64,000 nucleotides of DNA from Desulfatiglandales bacterium (GCA_963667015.2 CAXXJJ010000001.1:1376001-1440000), one strand, 5' to 3'. Positions 41,404-52,062 are shown, counted from the first letter of the stretch. Numbers and translations: made by a program. Notes: a model not told the origin generated them from the sequence alone.

Positions 41404-43107
41404 CTACTGGCTATCATCCGGTTTGATTTTATATTTTTCAATAGGTATCGGCTGAGTCGTAAGTTTCATTTCGCCTTCATCCTGTTGTATAATTATCCAT
41501 TTGAGCCAGTTTTTATCATCACATTCAGGGAAATCTTCCCTGAAATGGAATCCCCTGCTTTCATCTCTCATAAGTGCAGCTTTGAAGGTCAATTCGGCAC
41601 ATATAGCCATACTCATTGCCTCATGACATTTGCCTAAATAGTGAAGGTCTTTTGCATACAAAGAAGACAGTTTTCCTTTAAGAGTTTCAATCATGGCCAG
41701 GGCTTCTTCCAGTCGATCTTTGCTTCTGCGCAGATTATATTTCATTGGCGCTGTTATATCGCCCAGGGCAGATATTGCATCATTGGGTGAAAATGTATTT
41801 GTACTCTGCATTGGTTCAAAGATCATTTCTTTAATTTTCTCCGCCTCCTGAGTATCGATATCAACCGATGGCGCCCCTGTAACATAACGGGCAGCCGACT
41901 CCCCTGCCCAAAGAGCACTTATCACAGCAAACATGATCCCTGAACCAGGGCAAACACCTGGCGGCGAAGCAACAGCACCGGCCAGTGCAGAACCGGCGTA
42001 ACTTGTATCGCCAATTGCCCAGAGACCTTCCAGGCTGGTTTTCATTTCATGATCAACCTTTATACATGATGTTTCTCCATGCATTGGAACACCAATTTCA
42101 TGTTTTCCACCGGGGATTAATCCGTGTTCTATTTCCTTTGCAGACATTTTTTCATGCCATTTGCCGAGCTTTGGCAGGCCGATATTGAATCCTCTGTGTG
42201 GTGCGTCCTTTGGGGGTTCAAAATAGATAGGTCCTCTGCCTTCGGCAACCTCTTTCTCAAGGCCTATTGCCAGCTTAACTGGTAAAAAAACACCTGCCGG
42301 GCCCTTATTGGGGAGATATTTCTGTGATAAGTTTTCACCCAGTCTGTTGACTAAAAAGTCAGAACCCACCATGCCGCTGTCAGTAGCCTGGTATACCGTA
42401 TGTCCGTAAAGGTTCCCGTATTCGGCATTTCTCATTTGAGCTCCGGCCCGGTATGCGGCTGCTATTCCGTCACCGGTACTTGCTGTCCAGTAGCGCCTGA
42501 CTTTATATCCGCAACTTCCGTTGGCCAGTATAGTCGCTTTTGCCTTAAAAATGTGCATGCGGCCATCAACAATGTTAAAGCCGGCTGCTCCTACTACACG
42601 GTCATCCTGTTTTAAAAGATCAACCACATGGATTTTATTTATAATTTTAGTGCCCATTTTTTTTGCGCGGGAGCGCATGGGCAGCATCATATCTATATCG
42701 ATAAAGGTTGAAGAGAGCTCCGGTGCAAACATGTGAGGGAATGAAACCATTTTGCCATCCGGAGTTTTTGCCAGTTTGTCACCCCATTCGGCAAACTGTT
42801 GAATCGCCCCGTATGTACTGGTTATGTACTTATAAAGTAACTCCTGGTCATTCAAATAGACCCCTGAAGTGTTTACCTGGAAATCAACGAATTTATCAGC
42901 ATCATTATCCGGACCGAGAAAAGCCAGAATACCGCCGATCTTTGTTGCTTTTCCTGCATATCCGGTTGTCTGTTTTTCAACTATCAGTACATCGGTTTCG
43001 GGATTTTCTTCCTTAGCTCTTATTGCGGAAGCCAAGCCGCCAATCCCGCCTCCTATTATTAAAACATCTGTAGATATGACATCTCCAATGTTGTCCAAAT
43101 TAGTCAT
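41404..43107 (-). CDS. AprA/SdhA-family FAD flavoprotein (not canonical APS reductase)
   Basis: DVLIIGGGIGG, TGDG...AYRAGA, GLWAIGD, RDESRGFHFREDFP...WLKW. Confidence 0.88.
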   Translation of the reverse strand: MTNLDNIGDVISTDVLIIGGGIGGLASAIRAKEENPETDVLIVEKQTTGYAGKATKIGGILAFLGPDNDADKFVDFQVNTSGVYLNDQELLYKYITSTYGAIQQFAEWGDKLAKTPDGKMVSFPHMFAPELSSTFIDIDMMLPMRSRAKKMGTKIINKIHVVDLLKQDDRVVGAAGFNIVDGRMHIFKAKATILANGSCGYKVRRYWTASTGDGIAAAYRAGAQMRNAEYGNLYGHTVYQATDSGMVGSDFLVNRLGENLSQKYLPNKGPAGVFLPVKLAIGLEKEVAEGRGPIYFEPPKDAPHRGFNIGLPKLGKWHEKMSAKEIEHGLIPGGKHEIGVPMHGETSCIKVDHEMKTSLEGLWAIGDTSYAGSALAGAVASPPGVCPGSGIMFAVISALWAGESAARYVTGAPSVDIDTQEAEKIKEMIFEPMQSTNTFSPNDAISALGDITAPMKYNLRRSKDRLEEALAMIETLKGKLSSLYAKDLHYLGKCHEAMSMAICAELTFKAALMRDESRGFHFREDFPECDDKNWLKWIIIQQDEGEMKLTTQPIPIEKYKIKPDDSQ

Positions 43108-43133
43108 TATGTTTCTCCTTCGCTTTTGTTCGA

Positions 43134-43376
43134 TCAGAATGATGACCGCAGTGGTGCCGGAATATTTGGAATTACATTAATACATTCTTCCGGACATGCA
43201 ACTTCACATGCCAGGCACCAGACACAGTCTTCAGGATATGCGACAACCGGTTTTTTATTTTCCTCGTCCCACCGGATCACATCTACAAAACACGCGTTCA
43301 TGCATGATTTGCAACCTATGCATGCGTCCATGTCTATTTTTAGTTCTTTAATCCAATTATTCGCCAGTGTATCCAT
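43134..43376 (-). CDS. AprB-like 2x[4Fe-4S] ferredoxin
   Basis: CIGCKSCMNAC; YPEDCVWCLACEVACP. Confidence 0.9.
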   Translation of the reverse strand: MDTLANNWIKELKIDMDACIGCKSCMNACFVDVIRWDEENKKPVVAYPEDCVWCLACEVACPEECINVIPNIPAPLRSSF

Positions 43377-43395
43377 TTTAGAGCCTCCATTACCT

Positions 43396-44049
43396 CTATA
43401 TGTAAACTATATTAGAGCCTTCTTTTTTTATCTTTAATGAGGCCTTACGATTGATAGCAGGGTCAGAAACCGCCTGCCAGATTCCCCATAATGCGGGTAG
43501 AAAATTTTTAAATGTACTTACCTCTGCGACATTATGTGCAGGCCAGCCGCCCCCGCTCGGTTTTTTTCCTGTGGGATGTTCCTTCATTTCAAATTTAAAT
43601 TCGGGTGGTGGCCCGCTTCCGGGAGGTGGTTTTGGGAACCCGTGCATGCAGGATCTCATTTTACATCCTTCGGGTATGGCTTCATACTGGTGGGAAAGCA
43701 TTACCATGGGTATTGTGCCTGGCTGCTCTCCGGTACTGCCGGCGGTAAGAAGGTGTTCGTAAGTCCAGAAGTCCTTTTGCTCCTGAGTTCCCAGGTTGGG
43801 ATCTACCCATTCGATTCTGAGGTCCATTACCGGGCCGTAGTCAATGCTTTCTGTTGCGATCTGGACTGCACCGATGTGGCCATTCATTGGCGGTTTGATT
43901 TCCCATTTAAAACCCTTGTGCTCGTCAGGACACCATAGTTCATATCCTTTTTCCATGTTGACCCACCACCAGTCTATCATTTCGGTAGTAACTCCGGGAA
44001 TAACATGATCGACAACCATCCATTCTTCAGGATAATTATTTTCAGCCAT
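43396..44049 (-). CDS. PhlG/phloretin-hydrolase-like C-C hydrolase
   Basis: PGVTTEMIDWWW, YELWCPDEH, TES, MRS, AHNVAE...FLPALW; RBS AGGAG before ATG 44049. Confidence 0.8.
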   Translation of the reverse strand: MAENNYPEEWMVVDHVIPGVTTEMIDWWWVNMEKGYELWCPDEHKGFKWEIKPPMNGHIGAVQIATESIDYGPVMDLRIEWVDPNLGTQEQKDFWTYEHLLTAGSTGEQPGTIPMVMLSHQYEAIPEGCKMRSCMHGFPKPPPGSGPPPEFKFEMKEHPTGKKPSGGGWPAHNVAEVSTFKNFLPALWGIWQAVSDPAINRKASLKIKKEGSNIVYI

Positions 44050-44111
44050 TCTTGCTCTCCTTTGATAATAAAAGTGATTGCTTTTTTGATTATACTGTTG
44101 TAAATTTTTGA

Positions 44112-44140
44112 TACTGTACAATTGTAAAGTAAATAAGTCA
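44112..44140 (-). promoter_or_regulatory. Operator palindrome overlapping sigma70 promoter (copy 1)
   Basis: TACTGTACAATTGTAAAGTA; on the minus strand TTGACT-17-TACAGT. Confidence 0.7.
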
Positions 44141-44380
44141 AATAAAAATTATATCGATCGATATTCATTGCTGGCATGTCTCAGCCTTTTTGGTTTGCCC
44201 TAAAGATGGTTAAGGATTCTACTTTCAGGTATTTGAAAAAATAATGAAAATGGAATCGGAACAATATGAAAATGAATTGTTAACCCAAGAATAACCTTTT
44301 TCTTTTTATATAAAAATATTCCGATACTGTTAATCCTCAAAAACTTAAATTGTACTAAACCATTTATTAAGGAGTATTGC

Positions 44381-45805
44381 ATGACAGCATTAAAACGAAG
44401 TATAAAAATCACCTATGGTATGGGGCAGGTGGCTGAATCTGCAACCCAGGCAGGCTTTAATACGTTTCTTTTTTTATATTTCAATCAGGTCCTTGGGCTT
44501 TCCGGGTCCTTTTGCGGTATAGCTATTTTTATCGCTCAGGCCTTTGATGCTATTACTGATCCACTGGCAGGATCATTATCAGACAGCTGTAAATCCCGCC
44601 TTGGTCGCAGGCATCCGTTTATGTATGCCTCATCTATTCCGCTTGCATTATTTTTCTTTTTTATGTTTGTTCCTCCGAAAGATCTGGGGCAGATCGGTCT
44701 TTTTCTGTGGCTTATGGCATTTGCTGTTCTTACTCGTGGTGCATTAACTCTTTTCCAGGTTCCTCATCTTGCACTGGGCTCAGAGATCTCAAATGATTAT
44801 TTTGAGCGCACATCAATATTTGCATACCGTACAGCTATAGGAATGCTGGGTGGGGTATTAATAACAATGATGGGATATTTTGTCTTTCTTCCTAACACGC
44901 CGGAGTTCCCAAGGGGGCAGCTGAATCCTGCGGGATATCCATATTTAGCCTTATTCTGCAGTGTAATCATATTAATAGGTGTGCTTAGCGCCTCTCTGGG
45001 AACACGCAGTTTAATTCCTGCACTGCCAAAGGCTTCAAAGGATGCGGGACTCTTCACACCAATGCGGATGGTTAGAGAGTTTATCGAAGTGTGGGGAAAT
45101 GCATCCTTCAGAGCCATATTTATGGGGGCTCTATCTTTTTTCCTCTACATGGGGGTATCGACGACCGTTATGCCCCTGTTAACTACCTTTTTCTGGGGAT
45201 TTGGATCCGATCAACTCGGGATACTTGCCATTCCTATGGGGGCCGGATTCATGATAGGTTCCGTTCTTGCCAGACCGGTACAGGAAATATTCGATAAAAA
45301 GAATGCTATGATAATTGGGGCCTGTATTATGGCCGTTTTCCAGGTCCTTCCTGTTTTTCTCCGCCTGCTTGGTTTTTTCCCGGAAAATGCTGATCCTCTT
45401 CTGCTTCCGTTTATATTTATCATAATGTTAGTAGCCAGCATTTTCGGAGGCATATCCGCTGTTACTGTATTTTCTATGATGTCAGATATCGTACGGGAAC
45501 ATGAGTATATAACCGGAAAGCGGCGTGATGGTATTTTCTTTGCCACCAACTCATTTTCACAAAAAATAAATTCGGGTCTTGGGAATGCGATAGCTGGGTT
45601 TCTTATTGATTTTATCAGGTTTCCGGTAAACGCAAACCCTGATACTGTGGCGCAAGAAACATTGGTCAGACTTGGAATTCTTTATATGTGTGCAGCCGGC
45701 CTGAATATTTTGGCAGCCTACTGTGTAAGCTTCTATAAAATAACTCGAGAGCACCATGAAGAGGTAATGGCAGCATTAGAGGAGAGATATAAAGGCGCAT
45801 CATAA
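44381..45805 (+). CDS. GPH-family (MelB/UidB-like) MFS symporter
   Basis: DAITDPLAG..SD...GRRHPF, PHLALGSE, G.RRDG. Confidence 0.9.
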   Translation: MTALKRSIKITYGMGQVAESATQAGFNTFLFLYFNQVLGLSGSFCGIAIFIAQAFDAITDPLAGSLSDSCKSRLGRRHPFMYASSIPLALFFFFMFVPPKDLGQIGLFLWLMAFAVLTRGALTLFQVPHLALGSEISNDYFERTSIFAYRTAIGMLGGVLITMMGYFVFLPNTPEFPRGQLNPAGYPYLALFCSVIILIGVLSASLGTRSLIPALPKASKDAGLFTPMRMVREFIEVWGNASFRAIFMGALSFFLYMGVSTTVMPLLTTFFWGFGSDQLGILAIPMGAGFMIGSVLARPVQEIFDKKNAMIIGACIMAVFQVLPVFLRLLGFFPENADPLLLPFIFIIMLVASIFGGISAVTVFSMMSDIVREHEYITGKRRDGIFFATNSFSQKINSGLGNAIAGFLIDFIRFPVNANPDTVAQETLVRLGILYMCAAGLNILAAYCVSFYKITREHHEEVMAALEERYKGAS

Positions 45806-45812
45806 TTTTATT

Positions 45813-45872
45813 AGGATCATGCCTGGATGTCAGTACATCTTTTTGCCTCTATCCAAGGCATGATCCTTTTTT
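45813..45872. terminator. Hairpin between convergent genes
   Basis: AGGATCATGCCTGGAT...ATCCAAGGCATGATCCTTTTTT. Confidence 0.65.
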
Positions 45873-45928
45873 AAAAATATGATGAACAACACAGTGTTAA
45901 TAATTTTTTCTGCTCCTGGTCCCTCACA

Positions 45929-47347
45929 TTATATCACTTTTTTGTGTTTCCAGCGGCCAAGTTTGAAGTATATCGTATAGACCAATGCTCTTAAGACGAT
46001 GGCTGTAACTATTCCCCATCGCACACCATAGACTCCCAGACTCGTAAACTTGGGCAGAATATATGCCAATGGGACCTGTACCAGCCACATGGTAAGTAAA
46101 GTGGTCCACATTGGTATGTAGGTAGCCCCCATACCGTTTAAACAGCTCATCAATACGATAACAAGACCAAACACCAGATAAGCTATAATATTTATTCTTA
46201 AAAAATTAGCGGTAATTATTACAAGGTCCGGTTCATTATTAAAAATGCTGACGATTTTCTCAGCCCAAAACCAGATAATTACGGAGCCTGTGAATGTAAA
46301 GCATGTAAACCAGGCCGCTGCTATCCAACCCGTTTTCTCCGCCCTGTCAGGGAGGTTTGCTCCAAGGTTTTGTCCGGCCAGGATACCTGATGCCTGACCC
46401 ACGCCGAAGGCCGGCATGTTAACAAATACATCCATTCTATCTGCAAGCGATTGCGCGGCAACAGCATAGGTGCCAAAGGGAACTACAAACCACATTAGTA
46501 TAAAATTGGTAAAATTTCTTTGCATTGCCGTCACAGATGAAGGAATGCCTATTTTTATGATCCGCCAGATTATTTTTGTGTCAAAGCGAAATCCTTTCAT
46601 TGTTACTTTCAAACGTGCGCGCCCGGTAAATAGCATCCATAGTAAAGCAAGCCCGCCCGAGCCCTGAGAAATAATTCCTGTCAGAGCTGCACCGCTAACA
46701 CCCATAAATGGAAAAATCCACCATCCGAATACAAGAAACGGACATAAAATTATATGAAAAATCCTGACGAAGATACTGATTTTCATCGGTGTCAAAGTAT
46801 CCCCTGATGCCTGCATGATGCCCTGGGACATAACATCAAATGACATTGCTACAGAACCAATGAACATGATGCGCATATATACCGCACCTTCTTTGACCAC
46901 TTCCGGCTCAACACCAATATAAACCAGGATTGGTTCGGCAAGAAAGAAGCCGATTGCCGCCATTATCAAAGCGAAAACAGTACTGATAACGAAGGTCTGC
47001 TGGGCAACATGATTGGCGCTCTGCCTATCTCCCGCACCTACAAATCGCGCTATTAACGCCTGGGTTCCGGTGTTCAGTCCCATTCGTGCAGAATTACTAA
47101 CCATAACTGCCATTCCGGATACACCGACACCTGCGAGTGCAGCAGAACCCAGACTGCCAACCCATATCATATCTATTGTCGGCCCAAGCATTGTAATAGT
47201 AGTGCTTATGGTTGAAGGCCAGGTAAGTGTCCATAGATTTTTTGTGATACTGCCTTTGGTCAAGTCACGATCCATGACCGGACTTTCAGGTATTCTCTTT
47301 TTTAATCGTAATTCTGCCTCTTTTATAGTGTCTGTATGCATTATCAT
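45929..47347 (-). CDS. MATE efflux transporter
   Basis: DLTKGSI...DMIWVG.LG, GDTLTP, GQNLGA. Confidence 0.92.
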   Translation of the reverse strand: MIMHTDTIKEAELRLKKRIPESPVMDRDLTKGSITKNLWTLTWPSTISTTITMLGPTIDMIWVGSLGSAALAGVGVSGMAVMVSNSARMGLNTGTQALIARFVGAGDRQSANHVAQQTFVISTVFALIMAAIGFFLAEPILVYIGVEPEVVKEGAVYMRIMFIGSVAMSFDVMSQGIMQASGDTLTPMKISIFVRIFHIILCPFLVFGWWIFPFMGVSGAALTGIISQGSGGLALLWMLFTGRARLKVTMKGFRFDTKIIWRIIKIGIPSSVTAMQRNFTNFILMWFVVPFGTYAVAAQSLADRMDVFVNMPAFGVGQASGILAGQNLGANLPDRAEKTGWIAAAWFTCFTFTGSVIIWFWAEKIVSIFNNEPDLVIITANFLRINIIAYLVFGLVIVLMSCLNGMGATYIPMWTTLLTMWLVQVPLAYILPKFTSLGVYGVRWGIVTAIVLRALVYTIYFKLGRWKHKKVI

Positions 47348-47976
47348 GGGAAAAGGAAATTCAGTATACGTTCCGTATGCATGGCAATACCCTTTCTGGA
47401 GAGCAGGTTTAGCTCCAGCAGTTCATTTGCCATATCGAACATGACAATAGGGGTTTCTACCAGTGCATGTAAATATACGAAAAAACTGTCATGATCAAAA
47501 TCTGCAAAATATCCGCACTTCTGAACTTCCCTGAAAACCGGTTCAACTATTACATGTAATTGTTTCTGTCTTTCCATAATATAGTCAAAAAGGGGGCTGG
47601 TGTGGGTGTTATTATGCATTTTTATTTTTGTAAAATCAGGATTTTTAGCTGCCAGGAATACATAGGATGTTATGAAATTCTTTAAAAGTTCGACTGGATT
47701 ATCCGATGTATGTAATTCGGCAACTCTTCGCAATCTTACTTCATGAATATTTAACCCGTAATCCACCACCGCTTTATACAAATCATATTTGGAGCCGAAA
47801 TGATGTCTGATAAGACTATGGGTAGTGTCGGTAAGGTCGGCTATCTCTCTTAATTTGGCATTATAAAAACCTTCTCTGGCGAATACCTTAAGTGCGGCCT
47901 GAAGAACTGTTTCCTTTGTTTTCTCGCTCACCTCTCTGGATTGTTTCCCCAGTTTTCTTTTTTTCTGCTGATGCAT
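47344..47976 (-). CDS. TetR-family regulator (copy 1)
   Basis: AALKVFAREG...LREIA...LIRHHFGSK. Confidence 0.93.
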   Translation of the reverse strand: MHQQKKRKLGKQSREVSEKTKETVLQAALKVFAREGFYNAKLREIADLTDTTHSLIRHHFGSKYDLYKAVVDYGLNIHEVRLRRVAELHTSDNPVELLKNFITSYVFLAAKNPDFTKIKMHNNTHTSPLFDYIMERQKQLHVIVEPVFREVQKCGYFADFDHDSFFVYLHALVETPIVMFDMANELLELNLLSRKGIAMHTERILNFLFP

Positions 47977-48104
47977 GATACAAATTTCCTCTGCAATATC
48001 TGAATTGTCTAGTATGGCCCAAATTGTGACTCTACCTCTAACCTGTTTATATCAATGCATTAATATGTGTATCAAATAAAAATATCACCCAGCTTAATTT
48101 TTAG

Positions 48105-48158
48105 TTGACTTGAATACTTTACAAATGTACAGTAAATAAACTATACAATTGTAAAATA
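48105..48158 (+). promoter_or_regulatory. sigma70 promoter with two operator palindromes (copy 2)
   Basis: TTGACT-17-TACAGT; TACTTTACAAATGTACAGTA (48115-48134) and AACTATACAATTGTAAAATA (48139-48158). Confidence 0.72.
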
Positions 48159-48197
48159 AAAAAAGCAATCCCTTTTATTATAAAAGGGATTATTAAA

Positions 48198-48289
48198 ATG
48201 ATTTAAAATAACTCCCTCGAAGAATAGAGGTTGTAGATCTTGTGATTCCCGTTGCCAGTACCGAAATGATCGGCTTGTAGTAGGTTAAT
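48198..48289 (+). pseudogene. Relic of the 5' end of the PhlG-like gene
   Basis: Aligns to the first 31 codons of 44049-43396, with four stops and a 1-nt deletion. Confidence 0.75.
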
Positions 48290-48451
48290 AATTAGACGCA
48301 ATTGAATGTATATTATTTTACTCCTGAAAAACTTTAGTTTTTTATTTTAATTAATATCGATTTGCTTACATCCTATAAAGTCGTTCGAAACATTCCGACA
48401 GTAAATTGAAGGAATATCAGATAGGTAAAATCAAAAAGGGAGGAACAAATC

Positions 48452-50698
48452 ATGAAAAAGCCTTTATTGTTTTTTATTTTTTTGATGATAGGAGTTACCT
48501 TTTTAATCAACGATTTCAGATCTGCCTTTGCACAGGAAGAAGATCAGGAAGAATATCTTCTTGACGAGATCATGGTAACCGCTCAAAAACGAGAGCAGAG
48601 TCTCCATGAAGTCCCCATCGCTATTTCAGTAACAACTTCGGATCAGCTGGAACGACAGCAGATCTATAGTGCGCGCGACCTTGAGAGAACGACTCCAGCC
48701 CTGGAGTTTGGTAATTCCGGTCCGGCCGGTGCTCCTACAATACGCGGAATCGGTACAACAGCTGTGGTAGGAGGCATTGGGGAGCCTTCAGTAGGCATTA
48801 ACATAGATGGTATTACTCAGGGTGCTGCGGTTTTGAACAGTCTTTTTGATGTTCAGCGTATTGAAGTTCTCAGAGGGCCTCAGGGAACACTCTACGGTGA
48901 TACATCTTCAGCAGGCCTGATTAATATAATCTCAAATTCTCCTGATCCTCTGGGATTCGATGCTAAAGTCGGGTTCGATATAACAGATGACGGAACACTG
49001 GGGTCCAAATTCAGCCGCCAGGAATACCGGGGAATGCTGAATATACCTGTCAATGAAAATTCGGCATTACGGGCAGTCTTTAATTTCAATGATATGGATG
49101 GCCTAAGAAAAAACAAACTTGGACCGGATTTTACAAGCAAAGACTATGGCGCACGTCTGCACTATTTATATGAACCCACCGACGATTTTTCCTTAGATCT
49201 TATAGGGAATTACCATAAAACCGAATCAAAAGGGCCGAGTATATTTACTCCTGTTACCTCTGTTACTCCGATACACCAGGCTGCGTTGGCAGAATGCGGT
49301 ATCACGGCATCACCGGAGAATCAGTATACCTGTCATGATTTTGACGAACACAATACGATAGAATTCTATACTCTATCCGCTGAATTTAACTTCAAGGCCT
49401 TTGGACATGAAATTACGTCAATAACAGGTTACACAGAACACGAAACAGGGCCCTGGAACTGGCAAATAATGGGTCTCAGTTATCCGGGGCTCCTGGAAAT
49501 CAGAAGTTCCGGGCAGGTAAGTACCGTCAAACGATACACTACCGATTTACGGATCGCGTCTCCAAAGGGTCAAAAGGTGGAGTATATTGCCGGCTTGTGG
49601 TATAACGGATCGGATAGAAGCCAGGATGAGCTGGCTTATTCTGAGCTTCGGCTTCCGATCCCGATTCCCGGATTTCCACCTGTACTCAGTCATAGCAATC
49701 TGACTAAGGGTGAAGATAAAAACTACGCAGTATACGGTAATGCCGATATCCATTTTACAGATGCCTTTACAGTTTTTGCCGGCGCTCGTTTTGCGCGCTA
49801 TGATCTGTGGACAACCTCTATCAATATGCAGGAGCCTGCTCCCCCTGAATATGTTCCTATAGGAGCTGAAACGACCGCCTCACTTAAAGAGGATTATTTT
49901 TCATACCGTCTGGGCGGGCAGTACGATATTAATGAAGACTGGATGGTCTATTTGAATACTTCTAATGCAGTAAAGACACCTTCAGTGTCAGAACCTCCCT
50001 TTACAGACCCGACTGCTGATCCTAAAGTTATTAAAGCGGAAATTTCAACAAACTATGAAATAGGGATCAAGGGCAAGATTTTTGATGGAAAATTAGCCCT
50101 TGAATCCAATGCTTTCTACACCACGCTTGAAGATTTTCAGGGTACCGAATGTTATTTGAGTCCAGAAACGCAGGAGCTTTCCTGCGTAGTGGCAAATGTT
50201 CAAGATGACATCATTTCAAAGGGATTTGAAATATCCCTTTACGGATTCCCGATGCGGGGATTGAGAGTAAATACCGGCTATATCTTTAATATCGCGGAAT
50301 ACCCTGATGGATACCCATCGGATGATGAGCCGCCGCAGGATCTCGGTGGTGAGCAGCTTATGAATGCACCTAGACACAAGTTCCTGGTTTCTACTGAATA
50401 CAGTCACTCGCTGACAGACAATCTCGATGGTTTTGTTTCAGTCGACGCGACATACAAAACCAAGCGGCGTCTTTCTCTTATGGCTGATTCTTTTTCAGTT
50501 TATCGGGCGCATTGGATGGTCGGGGCAAGAATGGGCATAAGGGCTCAGGATAATTGGAGTGTCACGCTTTTTGCGCGCAACATCTTTGGAGAAGCCGCAC
50601 CGGCAGCTCTATGGCCGGCCAATGACGGGAATAATTATCAGATAGTAACTCCAACACAATTCAGGCAGGTCGGTTTAAGTCTTAATTATTCATTTTAA
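48452..50698 (+). CDS. TonB-dependent receptor
   Basis: Signal peptide; EIMVTAQKREQ; RIEVLRGPQGTLYG; C-terminal YSF. Confidence 0.95.
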   Translation: MKKPLLFFIFLMIGVTFLINDFRSAFAQEEDQEEYLLDEIMVTAQKREQSLHEVPIAISVTTSDQLERQQIYSARDLERTTPALEFGNSGPAGAPTIRGIGTTAVVGGIGEPSVGINIDGITQGAAVLNSLFDVQRIEVLRGPQGTLYGDTSSAGLINIISNSPDPLGFDAKVGFDITDDGTLGSKFSRQEYRGMLNIPVNENSALRAVFNFNDMDGLRKNKLGPDFTSKDYGARLHYLYEPTDDFSLDLIGNYHKTESKGPSIFTPVTSVTPIHQAALAECGITASPENQYTCHDFDEHNTIEFYTLSAEFNFKAFGHEITSITGYTEHETGPWNWQIMGLSYPGLLEIRSSGQVSTVKRYTTDLRIASPKGQKVEYIAGLWYNGSDRSQDELAYSELRLPIPIPGFPPVLSHSNLTKGEDKNYAVYGNADIHFTDAFTVFAGARFARYDLWTTSINMQEPAPPEYVPIGAETTASLKEDYFSYRLGGQYDINEDWMVYLNTSNAVKTPSVSEPPFTDPTADPKVIKAEISTNYEIGIKGKIFDGKLALESNAFYTTLEDFQGTECYLSPETQELSCVVANVQDDIISKGFEISLYGFPMRGLRVNTGYIFNIAEYPDGYPSDDEPPQDLGGEQLMNAPRHKFLVSTEYSHSLTDNLDGFVSVDATYKTKRRLSLMADSFSVYRAHWMVGARMGIRAQDNWSVTLFARNIFGEAAPAALWPANDGNNYQIVTPTQFRQVGLSLNYSF

Positions 50699-50755
50699 TT
50701 ATAATGAATAATTAATTAGCTCAATATGAGCTCAATAAATCCATGAGATAAAATA

Positions 50756-50785
50756 AATCAGGCTGGCGGTACTGTCAGCCTGATT
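50756..50785. terminator. Bidirectional hairpin
   Basis: AATCAGGCTGGCGG-TA-CTGTCAGCCTGATT. Confidence 0.65.
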
Positions 50786-50799
50786 CATCCGCACAATAT

Positions 50800-52062
50800 T
50801 TATGGCAGTTCCACACCCTGTGCTATAAGCTTCTTTTGCAGTACTTTAATGTCGACTTTCCGTGGTTGTACCTTGCTCTTTACAGCCAGTGCAGCAGCCG
50901 TCCCGGCGGCCTGCCCCATCTGGATGCAGTGCGATATTATGTTGAACATCGAATTGGCAGCCTGGTCAGATGAAAAGCATCGTCCGGCAGCAAGAAGGCC
51001 ATCTATTTTTGCCGGAACCAGACAGCGATAAGGCATTTCAACATTCTCAGGCGGTTTGTCAGCAGGCCAGCTGAGTGGTACGCCCTGCGGGAACATCAAT
51101 ACGGTATCATCGAACTTTTTATTCGCCCTTGCTTCCTCACCTGTTAATACGTATTCGCCGATAAGGCGTCGACTGCCCCGCGTACCGATCTGCGGGGCGC
51201 TGTCATATAAATAGCTGTTCTCAAAACCTGGAACCATCTTTTTATAAAAAGAATATAACGGTATCATTATCTTGCGAACATTAACCTCGACCCAGTTAAG
51301 GTCTTCTAATTTGAGACAGTCCTTGCCGCGTATAAAGTTATTTACCCAGAAGATATCCGGGCGTTGGGCAGGTATTGGCGCTATATGAAATCCTGACAAC
51401 TTAAAGCCTTCCTCTCTTATTTTTACCCATTCACCATGTTGCGACTTACGAAATTCCGCAAATTTGTCAAAGTCAATTCCCCCAATGCGGAAAACCATGG
51501 CCATCTGAGATGTGCGATAACCCTTGTCAAGCGAAGCATCAAACTCCGCGCCAGCAGATGCATAGACATCACCATCGCCTGTGGCATCTATTATGACCTT
51601 ACCCATGACAGCTTGTCGGCCGGACTTACTCTCGAAGATAACGCCCTTTACAGTGTTGCCTTCTACGACTGCTGCTGTACCCCAGGAATGCAGAAGCAGT
51701 CTTACTCCGGCTTCAAGAACCATATCGTTCAGGATACACTTAAGCAATTCCGGGTCGACCATACTGGCAAATCCCCACTCCGGCTCACTGGTCTTGGAAA
51801 GATCATGAATACCGTTAACCCTGTTCAACCTGTCCATCCACTCCTTGCCCTGGCCGGCAGATGGACTCAGCATCAGTACCAGCCCACCCGTGGCCATGCC
51901 CCCAAGGTGGCCGTACCTGTCCATTAATATCGTATCAGCGCCCTCCCGCGCTGCCGCAATAGCTGCAGTAACACCTGCAGGACCGCCTCCAACCACCACG
52001 ACATCCGCTTCGGTATAAATATCCGTTTCCCGTGCATTTTCGTGAACAGTTTTTGCTCTCAT
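50800..52062 (-). CDS. FAD-dependent oxidoreductase (FAD_oxidored-type)
   Basis: DVVVVGGGPAG, LGGMATGG, IDATGDGD, PYRCLVP, AGRC, MGQAAG. Confidence 0.9.
   Translation of the reverse strand: MRAKTVHENARETDIYTEADVVVVGGGPAGVTAAIAAAREGADTILMDRYGHLGGMATGGLVLMLSPSAGQGKEWMDRLNRVNGIHDLSKTSEPEWGFASMVDPELLKCILNDMVLEAGVRLLLHSWGTAAVVEGNTVKGVIFESKSGRQAVMGKVIIDATGDGDVYASAGAEFDASLDKGYRTSQMAMVFRIGGIDFDKFAEFRKSQHGEWVKIREEGFKLSGFHIAPIPAQRPDIFWVNNFIRGKDCLKLEDLNWVEVNVRKIMIPLYSFYKKMVPGFENSYLYDSAPQIGTRGSRRLIGEYVLTGEEARANKKFDDTVLMFPQGVPLSWPADKPPENVEMPYRCLVPAKIDGLLAAGRCFSSDQAANSMFNIISHCIQMGQAAGTAAALAVKSKVQPRKVDIKVLQKKLIAQGVELP

Noticed and set aside
41404..43376. Canonical aprAB for sulfate reduction
   Set aside because: Subunits are shorter and divergent, the ferredoxin lacks the AprB tail, and there is no sat/qmo context.
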